From the NCBI GenBank assembly GCA_002794465.1, contig MTSL01000101.1, forward strand, positions 78,792-110,791: a stretch of DNA of 32,000 nt, given 5' to 3'. The DNA is from Paramicrosporidium saccamoebae KSL3. Taxonomy: Eukaryota > Fungi > Cryptomycota. This document shows positions 10,159 through 18,722 of this stretch, in pieces. The position numbers were made by a program, and so were the translations under genes. Position 1 is the stretch's first letter, and each line of letters opens with the position of its first letter. The notes under the pieces are model-generated. The model ran no database searches. It saw nothing but the letters and a program-made list of their open reading frames with translations, and had not been told where the DNA came from.

Positions 10159-10374
10159 TGGCAATCCTGATGTCACGTAGTGAGGATGATACCACGGACT
10201 TTGTCAGACGAAAAGGGGAATTAGTTCACTGCTAATCCTAGAACAGTATGGATACACATCGCAGTCCTCAAGTGCTCGGCTAATCGATACACCTTATCGT
10301 GCAAATACATCTTCTCCAAACTAGGGAACCATCCTCAAATACCCGACTAATCAATTCTCTGCCTCTACGTCACA
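10159..10374 (+). repeat. Dispersed intergenic repeat, copy 1
   Basis: Colinear blocks shared with 18386-18604 (same strand) and 14706-14826 (opposite strand). Confidence 0.85.
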
Positions 10375-10524
10375 CTGATAAATATCCTAGAATTCATCCC
10401 AGTCATATTGAGAATGGCACCTTTAATGGGATTATTTGATGAGATAGATTACTCTCGCTATTGCAATTCAGCAAACCCCTCAACCATCATGGGAAATTTA
10501 TGAAATCTACTCACTACCACTGCA

Positions 10525-11949
10525 TTATTGGGATTGTGTTTGGAACCCCTGAACAACCGCCTTGTCCTTCAAAAGATTAACGACAGTTAGGACTCCATTG
10601 CTGCCGGCCAAACTGACCAAATTGGGAGCATCGAAGCAGAATGCGCCACAGAATACCTTTCCCACGCCAACATCTCGGGAGGCCACACAGGCCACCTGTC
10701 CTCGCGTATTCCACAACTTTACAGTTTTGTCAGCCGACACGGTCAACAGACAATCCGGCAAGGACGGGTTCCAATCAATTGCAGTGACGGGCTTTGGATG
10801 GGCCGCCAGGATGAACAAGGGATCACTATTCGAACCGGCCCGGGTGTCATAATATGTGACCCGACCACTCTCGTCACTGACAGCAAAACAGTGCGGCTGG
10901 TGAGGGTTCCATCGGAGACATTCGGGATCAGCGTGCAGGTTCCATGTAAGAGCATCGCTTGGCATTCGGCAGTCCAGTGACACAACTTTGTGATCATAGC
11001 CAGCCGATGCAAAAATCGAGGCTTCTGTTGGGTTCCATTGTAGTGCTTGCACCTATGAAATAAAAAATCAACTCGACAGTAATACCTTTCCGGAATGGTG
11101 CTCCAACGACCGCAGAGCCTTTGCCTGGCTGAGATCCCACAACTTGACTGTCGTGTCAGCCGAGCCTGAAAGCAAAAAGCTCGTATGCAGACGGTTCCAA
11201 GATAAGGTCATTACTGCATCCGTGTGCATCTCGGCATTGGTGGTGGTGGCCTTCTTGGACTTTTTGCCTTTTTTGGACTTGCCTTTTTCGGTCTGGCCCA
11301 GGACGAGGGTGGGGTAGGGGACTTCCAGGACGTCCAGGTTCCAGACTTCAATTTCGGGCTCAAAGGTACCGACAGCTGCAAAATTGCCACCCGCACTGCC
11401 GTCGAGGGAGGTGCCAATCCATTCTGTGCACAGTGGGAATGACGGCAACATGATGTCGTGGTGGACGTACAAGTTGTCGTCCTCCTCCTCATAGACATAG
11501 ACTTCCAGACAGGAAATGTCATCTTCGGTGCGACAGGCTAGCAGGATATTGTCGGTGGGTCGGATATTCAAGTCATCCAAATCCTCCTCATCCACCTCAG
11601 ATTCCTCCTCCGGCTTGAGATATTCGTCCTCGCCCAGAGCAGCATCATCCACGTTAGACATGGCCTGCAGCAAATCTTCCTCATCCAAATCCTCTTCGTC
11701 ACTATACCCCTCCAAGTTGAATCTGGCCAGATCCTCTTCCATAGTGTCCACCTTTCTAAGAAATTAGCCATGACGAAAAAGGTACGTTTCAGCGACTTCA
11801 GTCTTTGCGAGCTTGAGCGACTCTTTGGCGTCCTCGATTTCAAATTTCGCGCGGCTCATAATGTCGGCATACTGCTCTTCGGTCATTTCGAAGCGTTCAG
11901 GCGTGGACGCCGCTGCACCTTTGCGGATCCAGGCTGTGGCCGAAATCAT
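10525..11949 (-). CDS. PWP1: WD40 rRNA-processing protein Pwp1
   Basis: MISATAWIRKG start, acidic tract, EDDISCLEVYVYEEEDDNLYVHHDIMLPSFPLCTEW, FAAVGTFEPEIEVWNLD, WD repeats; two short introns. Confidence 0.93.
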
Positions 11950-11992
11950 CCCAGACTTCTATGAACCCTGGTCGCCGGTTGACAAAGTCTGT

Positions 11993-13106
11993 TTATACAC
12001 CACTGTCGGCTACAAAGGTCCAGTGATCACGTACCTCGTGTGGTGGGGCCCATCTAGACGTTACTACGGTTTGTGGCGATACAAGTATAATAGTCTACTG
12101 GATTTGTAGGCATCGGGAAGCAGTTCTTCAATGAACTGCAATGAGAGCTTGGGCCGTCTTTGATTCGACGAGGCTGGCTTGACAAAATCAAATATACAAT
12201 CTGGATTTCTCTGATGTCTAATGGTTTGGGAATCACCAACCTGTCGGAGTGAGCATAAAGAATGGGTCTACCTTGCGGAATATCATCAGAGTGGAATGAG
12301 AGCATCCAAAAACGGGTCCACTCCGAGTATGGATCCGATTATTGATAGTCTTGCCAATCCAGACTGCATTTTCGACATAGTTGAAGCCCCAGGCCGTCAC
12401 TACATCGACCAGATCAGCAAGATATTCAGTTTCTATCCAGATGAAGAGGAATCCCCCAGTCATGACACCAGGGAGTGATAAGGTGGCAAAAGATCCTTTG
12501 GGAGTGTTCTCCTCAGAAAACGGGGGATCCATGACCACTCCAAGCCAATCAGTAGACTCCAGGATGCGCAGATCAGGACTATTACAGAGGTTGGTGGGGA
12601 GATTCAAAGTTAATTTTTCACCAAAGCTTTGAGGATTGGAATCAATGATGAGAGCCCATGATCTGCTGAGTGGATCGGGTAAATTCAACACCATTGTGCC
12701 GCTCGGCGACCTTGGAGATTTTAGAGATTTGTCTTTGACAAGAGGCAATGACCCAACACCTCTCCGCTTAGTAGTCGGCATCCTATCGGGCTCATCATCC
12801 GAGAGCTCTGCCTCTTCTGCGCTCTCAACCAACTCGTCTTCTGCAACATCCAACTCATATCCGTCACCCCATTGTACAGACTTTACGGTAAACGAACTCG
12901 TCTGCACAAACACTTGATGTAATTGGGTGTCATTGAGCGGCTTGCCCGCGTCTTGTATTCGGTCGAGTTCTTCAAACTTTTTCATGATGGCACTGATTGA
13001 TTCTTCATCTTCCACATAGCCAACATAGTGTGTGGGACTATAGCATATTACAAGGAGGAGATTAAAGTTACTCAATAGTAGGTGGACGAGCACATGCTCT
13101 CCTCAT
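11993..13106 (-). CDS. MT-A70 family N6-adenine methyltransferase(-like), resembling the MTA9/AMT6-7 subclade
   Basis: Spliced: MRRACARPPTIDPTHYVGYVEDEESISAIMKKFEEL...VMDPPF...GFLFIW...WGFNYVENAVWIGK...MIFRKVGDSQTIRHQRNPDCIFDFV...LLYLWAPPHEVRDHW. Three introns of 29-34 nt. Confidence 0.8.
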
Positions 13107-13182
13107 CCTGGAACAGTATATAATTTCTGCATAACCTTTCAGAGTGGGACAGGGACGAAATTATTGCCACGGGAATTGCCGC

Positions 13183-13270
13183 GAAATCACATGAATAGAT
13201 TCCTAGAATCACACGGATAGATTCCTCTTGTGGAAAATCACATGAATAGATTCCTCTTGCGGAAAATCAC
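13183..13270. repeat. 29-bp tandem repeat (~3 copies) in the divergent promoter region
   Basis: aaatcacatgaatagattcctcttgcgga unit; copies start at 13183 (truncated), 13206, 13235 and 13264 (partial). Confidence 0.9.
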
Positions 13271-13319
13271 TATCAGGGCAAAATTCCATAAATGTCCACG
13301 GGCCAGGATTGTTTCTGCA

Positions 13320-14687
13320 ATGACGGCTGAAGAATTTTCACTGTCGCTGGACACGGACGGCGTTGTCCTGAAACCCGGCACCAAATTGCAGGTGCAGAAC
13401 AACATTGACGGCCAACACTTTTACCACCGCGCCGAAATCATGTCCACCCGGCTGGGCGACACGGGAATGGAATATTATGTGCATTACATTGACTTTAACA
13501 AGCGTTTGGACGAATGGGTTACAGTCGGCAGAATGGACTTGTCAACGGCAGAGGTGCCGAATGTACCAGAAAAGGTGGCCAACAAGACGCCAGCGAGTAA
13601 GAAACGGAAACGGGAGAAGGAACGACGGGGACGAAAGGTGGAGAGGGAGACTTTGGAGCTGGGACGGTCACCTTCGATCCTGTCCAGCTGCTCTGATGCA
13701 CCGTCTCAATCAATGACCGAACTGAGCAAGACGCAGGAATTGGAAAAGCTGCGACGTGGTGGTTCCATGACGCAGCGTCTCGAGGAGGTGGCACGAGTGA
13801 AGAATATTGACAAAATCGAGATGGGAGCCCACGTTGTGCGCACATGGTACTTTTCATCCTATCCGCAGGAGATTTGTGGCACCACCGGTGACTCGACCGT
13901 CTTTATCTGTGAATTCTGTCTTGGCTACTTTGGCACAAAGTCGGATTTGACACGACATTGTCAGAAATGCACTGTGCACCATCCGCCCGGGACAGAGATT
14001 TACCGTGGAGGCGGCTTTTCGTTCTGGGAATTGGACGGCCACAAACAAAAGACATATTGTCGGAATCTGTGTCTTTTGTCAAAGCTGTTTCTGGATCACA
14101 AGACGCTCTTCTATGACGTTGATCCGTTTCTCTTCTATGTCCTGACTGAAAATGATGCCCGCGGCTGCCACTTTTTGGGCTACTTCTCCAAGGAAAAAGA
14201 GTCGGCGGACAATTATAATGTCGCCTGCATTCTCACCCTCCCCCAACACCAGCGGAAGGGCCACGGGAAGCTGCTGATCGACTTTAGTTACGAACTGACG
14301 AAACGGGAGGGCAAGGTTGGGTCGCCGGAAAAGCCACTGTCCGATTTGGGACTTTTGTCATATCGGTCGTACTGGAGCGAGACTCTTGTGTCTCTTTTCA
14401 TGCTCGAGCTGGAGAAACAGGGCCCCAATGTCTCCGATGACGCCCGCTTTTCCATCTCCATCGAGCAGCTTAGTAAGGCCACCGGCTTTACCTGCGAAGA
14501 CATTATACACACCCTTCAGGCAATGGATGCGTTGCGCTACCGACGCGGCCAACACATTGTGGTGTTGTCGGAGAAACATGTGGCAGATTACGAAAAGAAT
14601 CGCAAAAGACAGAGGGCAAAGATTGAGCCCAAGCTGATGCAGTGGACGCCTCCTGCCTTTACCGCCGCCCAACTGCGCTTCTTATAA
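13320..14687 (+). CDS. ESA1: MYST histone acetyltransferase Esa1/Tip60
   Basis: Tudor-knot/chromo YYVHYIDFNKRLDEWV, C2HC finger FICEFCL...H...C, YCRNLCLLSKLFLDHKTLFYDVDPFLFY, NVACILTLP..QRKGHG, GSPEKPLSDLG. Confidence 0.95.
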   Translation: MTAEEFSLSLDTDGVVLKPGTKLQVQNNIDGQHFYHRAEIMSTRLGDTGMEYYVHYIDFNKRLDEWVTVGRMDLSTAEVPNVPEKVANKTPASKKRKREKERRGRKVERETLELGRSPSILSSCSDAPSQSMTELSKTQELEKLRRGGSMTQRLEEVARVKNIDKIEMGAHVVRTWYFSSYPQEICGTTGDSTVFICEFCLGYFGTKSDLTRHCQKCTVHHPPGTEIYRGGGFSFWELDGHKQKTYCRNLCLLSKLFLDHKTLFYDVDPFLFYVLTENDARGCHFLGYFSKEKESADNYNVACILTLPQHQRKGHGKLLIDFSYELTKREGKVGSPEKPLSDLGLLSYRSYWSETLVSLFMLELEKQGPNVSDDARFSISIEQLSKATGFTCEDIIHTLQAMDALRYRRGQHIVVLSEKHVADYEKNRKRQRAKIEPKLMQWTPPAFTAAQLRFL

Positions 14688-14705
14688 ACTGTAATATTAT
14701 TTGAA

Positions 14706-14826
14706 GCAGAGGATTGATTAGTTGGGTATTTGAGCCTAGTGGGAGCTGTATCCTTGCGATTTTAAGATTAGCAGCGAACGATATCTCATCTCGCCTCTTC
14801 ACGCCTGATATTCCCACTACGCGACA
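14706..14826 (-). repeat. Dispersed intergenic repeat, copy 2 (inverted)
   Basis: 14706-14734 matches the reverse complement of 10334-10362 at 27/29. cccactacgcgaca (14813-14826) is identical to the reverse complement of 18398-18411. Confidence 0.85.
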
Positions 14827-15297
14827 TTATAACATGGTATTCCAACATCTCATGTCCAGTAAATTTCAGAGCGTTTTACAAGAGCTCCTTGATAAGACAC
14901 CCTTTATATGATAATCCATTTTACTCTATACGTCGCAGGATTGCATGAGATTGCATTCCCTAATAAGGATCAACATGACTGATGGGTTGATTGGCACGTC
15001 AACATAAATTAAATACGGAATATTCTTCCGAGGTAGTAGAGCCGCTTTTGAGAGAATATCAGGGGCCGCTGGCGCATTGTAAGCCAAACCCAGTCAACTT
15101 TTAGTTGATCACCCAGAGTTTTTGCAAGTCCCCTATGCATTCTGATGGACGAATCACAGATAACATATATCACGAATATCAATGCTGACACCTTACACCC
15201 AAACAATTTATGAGGAGGCTAATAAACTTTCTTCTGGGATTATTGCTGGAGCAGACCGATGCATTGACGTTGATGATTCAGCCAGGGCGACGCAGAA

Positions 15298-16012
15298 ATG
15301 CCCGGGATGAAACGTCCTCCCACGGCTATTAGGTCGCCCCTCCCCTCCTCCAGCGAAGGGGCAGTCGACGAACACACTGACTGCTCAGAGACGTCGCCAA
15401 AACGGCTACGTACATATCCCGTCGGTGCGAGGGTACGCTTGTCTATTGTCGCCAACCATATAGGACCCATTCAATCTGGATCCAGACACTTCTAGCGACC
15501 CAAGCGATGGAGAATATGAACGAATTTCAGTTGGCTCCTCCTCAACCCGCGACTCGCGCACCTGGGTAGACAGTGACCCCGACTTGCACACTTACATTGT
15601 CTCTGACGACGTGGATGAGGACGAACGCTATGCCCGTCTCCTCCAACAGCAAGAGATTGCGTTGGCACGGTCATTCATGCCAGACGGTTTCTCAGAGTTG
15701 GGCGTTGAATCAGAGGGCAGTCTCGATATGAGCTACGAGGAGCTACTTGAATTACAGGAGAATCTGGGCGAGGTTAAGCAGCGTGGGATGGATGATACAA
15801 GTATTTCGAGATTGCCGGGTGTGAAATATACAGTGGGGATGGAGGTGGGCTGTGTGGTCTGCATGACCGACTTTGCACAAGACGAATGTCTGGTGAGGCT
15901 GCCATGTATGCACCATTTCCACCAAGACTGTGCAGGAGGATGGCTTCGGGTGCGTGCCAGCTGTCCCGTCTGTCGAGAGATAGTTCCCAACCCGTCCATC
16001 AAAATTGACTGA
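15298..16012 (+). CDS. RING-H2 E3 ubiquitin ligase (Big Brother/RNF38-like)
   Basis: One intron near 15432-15462. MSYEELLELQENLGEV and CVVC...LPCMHHFHQDC..GWL...SCPVCR (C3H2C3). Confidence 0.85.
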
Positions 16013-16253
16013 TGAGCCGATAGTATAGATTCAATGTAAATTATGTGAAGTGTTACGTGTTAAGCGTCAAGTTGTCCTAGCAGCTCACCAATGAGATTTA
16101 TATTCAACAGATCATGTAAAGTCTGTGTGGATTTTGATCCGTAACTGTACTTGGAAGATTTAGACTAATGGTCTGACATCTCTAATTAATAGATGTATAT
16201 TTGTCCACCCATACCCACACATTTGCATACCCGGCCCCCTAACTAAATTCGTT

Positions 16254-16532
16254 TCATTGATCGAGGACAGCAAGGTAGCGTTTCAATAGAGTAGTGTCGT
16301 GTCTGGGGAAATCGCATCGAGGAACTTGCTTGATGAACCGATGAATGTCGTCACGCAGCTTCTGTACCGTCTCGGCCATCGCCCGGCCTTGCAGTACCGC
16401 CTCCCTCTTCTCCTCTGTTCGTTGGACCCCATTTGCCCGTTCCACCAGTTGTGCTGCCTCCTCCAACAGTGCCACCACTCGCAACTCTAATGCGTGTCCT
16501 TCTATCCCACAATCCCCGTCTGTCGGAAACAT
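16254..16532 (-). CDS. Hypothetical small helical protein; 5' end uncertain
   Basis: GC-rich, coding-like 92-aa ORF with amphipathic helices; no family recognised. Confidence 0.45.
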   Translation of the reverse strand: MFPTDGDCGIEGHALELRVVALLEEAAQLVERANGVQRTEEKREAVLQGRAMAETVQKLRDDIHRFIKQVPRCDFPRHDTTLLKRYLAVLDQ

Positions 16533-16897
16533 TATTTAATGGGCCACCCCGGCTAATTCGGTAGGAAGAAGGAAGTTCGCAACCTTGCCACGACAGCCCG
16601 TAGCCCTCGCGGTGTGGTTGTTGCCAGAGGCGGGCCAAGGCCCGTTATAGGATGCGTAGAGTGACGCTGGACTAGGAACCGCCCCGAAATACATGAGGTG
16701 TCGGGCCCAGTCCATCGACAAGATTACCAACAATAAAATCAAACTACTGACTAGCTGGTCTAACTTTCCCAACGTAGGTGTTGCTATCCGGTCCATAGTG
16801 TAGTATCATATTGTAATATTAATGTTTCACATTCATGGCTTTTATAGTGTGTGGCGGTGCCATAATGCGTAATTTCCATTTTGGGACAGCCAGGACC

Positions 16898-18148
16898 ATG
16901 TTGACACGTCGCTGGTTCAGTGGAAAGACGCCGTCGGCATTTCTTGCGGGTGCACTGCAGTACACAGCGGGTGCACCGTCGTCATCGCGGTCCCTGGTGC
17001 AGGTCCGGGTGCGTCGTCCAGCGAGGTCACACTTGATGAGTGTCATTTGGCGACACCGAATGCGCACGGCAACGAGTCCGACTTCGGTGCATATTGTCCG
17101 CGAAAAGACGACAGTGCACGGGGAGAAGCGGATTAGTGACTCGTTCTGTGAGGTACTGTTGCCGTTCCGCACCGAAACGACGCTGTTGGAAGAGTATGCG
17201 AGTATGCACGGGGGACTGCGGTTTGGGAAGCTGTTGGAGGACTTGGACGCGCTGGCAGCGTCGATTGCATATTTGCACTGCGACGACGCGGGACTGACGC
17301 TTGTGACGGCGGCAGTGGACCGCATTGACCTGTTGAAACAATTTGACAGCGTGGTCAGCGATATTCGCATGCGCGGCTTTGTCACATACGTGGGAACAAG
17401 CTCAATGGAGGTGACTATGGCCGTCGACATGGACGAGGCGAACGGCTGGGAGTTGGCCGCCTTGGCCAAGTTTGTCTTTGTGGCACGCAGTCAGGATGGA
17501 AGCACCGCCGTCAAAGTACCGCGATTAGTGTTGGAGACGGCCCGCGAGCAGGAAATATACGACTTGGGCAAGGCGCGACACAAATATCGACTGAGTCGGA
17601 GTGCGCAATCCCTTTTCCACCAGCCGCCCACCGAGACAGAGAGCATGATTCTGCATCGGCTGCTCATGCGACCGGATTCGGATGCGCATGTCTGGCCAAT
17701 GCGCAGTACCGAGTTAACTTCGCTGCGTATATGTCATCCACAGGAGCGCAATATTCACAACTTTATCTTTGGAGGATATTTGATGCGTGAGGCCTTTGAA
17801 TTGGCATACTCTACAGTCGCTCTGTTCACACGGGGCGCAGCCTTGACAGTGACGACGGTGGACGATGTCACCTTTGTACATCCCGTGGCTATTGGTTCCA
17901 TGCTCAGTTTCTGTGCACGGATTGTCTACACGGATCAATGTCCGACCATGGCCGATCAACAACGTTTGCACGTAGAAGTGGTGGCAGATGTCATTGATCC
18001 AAAGAATGGCACACGTGTCACCACCAATACCTTTCACTACACCTTTACCCGACCCACCACCGATTTTGTTACTGTGGTGCCCGAAACTTATACCGAAGCT
18101 ATGCGATATCTGGAAGGAAAACGTCGTGTCGAGTCTAAACAGGATTAA
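16898..18148 (+). CDS. ACOT9: Double-hotdog acyl-CoA thioesterase (ACOT9-like), probably mitochondrial
   Basis: LRFGKLLEDLDALAASIAYLH, VTAAVDRI, HPQERNIHNFIFGGYLMREAFELA; Arg-rich presequence-like N-terminus. Start codon uncertain. Confidence 0.88.
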   Translation: MLTRRWFSGKTPSAFLAGALQYTAGAPSSSRSLVQVRVRRPARSHLMSVIWRHRMRTATSPTSVHIVREKTTVHGEKRISDSFCEVLLPFRTETTLLEEYASMHGGLRFGKLLEDLDALAASIAYLHCDDAGLTLVTAAVDRIDLLKQFDSVVSDIRMRGFVTYVGTSSMEVTMAVDMDEANGWELAALAKFVFVARSQDGSTAVKVPRLVLETAREQEIYDLGKARHKYRLSRSAQSLFHQPPTETESMILHRLLMRPDSDAHVWPMRSTELTSLRICHPQERNIHNFIFGGYLMREAFELAYSTVALFTRGAALTVTTVDDVTFVHPVAIGSMLSFCARIVYTDQCPTMADQQRLHVEVVADVIDPKNGTRVTTNTFHYTFTRPTTDFVTVVPETYTEAMRYLEGKRRVESKQD

Positions 18149-18385
18149 CTGTGAATTGGCAATGTTGAATTACCGAGTTGATAACAAGAGTCCAGAGTAA
18201 AGGCTCATTTATGGAGCGAATGATAGTGGAAGCGCCACGGACCAAGTCTCTACTGTTTAGTAGGCAAGAGGAGAACTCATTCACTGTCGTTTGGTGTTGA
18301 TCCGACGGCCTATTTCTAGTCTCAAAAATGATATACTAGTAATCTTAAAATAATATAGATACAGGTTTCACTGTCCCAAAGAATA

Positions 18386-18604
18386 TGGCAATCGATCTGT
18401 CGCGTAGTGGGGATAATACCACGGCCCAGTTTAGATGAGAAGAGAATTTATTCAGTCAGTCCAACGACCCATTTATAGTCTCACAAATAACATAACCCTC
18501 AAATGGTAAGGATCTCATTATCCTTCATCGATTGTTCTGATTATCCCTTCTCCAACCTAGGGAACTATTTCCGAAAGACATGCCAATCAGTCTTCTACGT
18601 CACA
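18386..18604 (+). repeat. Dispersed intergenic repeat, copy 3
   Basis: 18398-18424 vs 10171-10197 24/27; 18547-18565 vs 10311-10329 18/19; 18594-18604 vs 10364-10374 11/11. Confidence 0.85.
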
Positions 18605-18722
18605 AATCCACTTTAACACGTATGTTTGGCCTAGAGATGATGTGTTGCTGTTAAAAACATCACAGAGTGTACGGATCAAAATTTCAATTTTTAATACAAT
18701 CTTCACACAACGAAAAACTAAA

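Noticed and set aside
10150-10200. C/D-box snoRNA (ATGATT...CTGA...ATGATA)
   Set aside because: The box-like words are not conserved in the homologous copy at 18386-18424, and no terminal stem is seen.
13230-13319. N-terminal extension of ESA1 (MENHMNRFLL...)
   Set aside because: Derived from the 29-bp promoter repeat; ATG 13320 fits the conserved domain start better.
14714-14911. 65-aa ORF (TTG start) as a real gene
   Set aside because: Lies within repeat copy 2; equivalent frames in copies 1 and 3 contain stops, so at most a relic.
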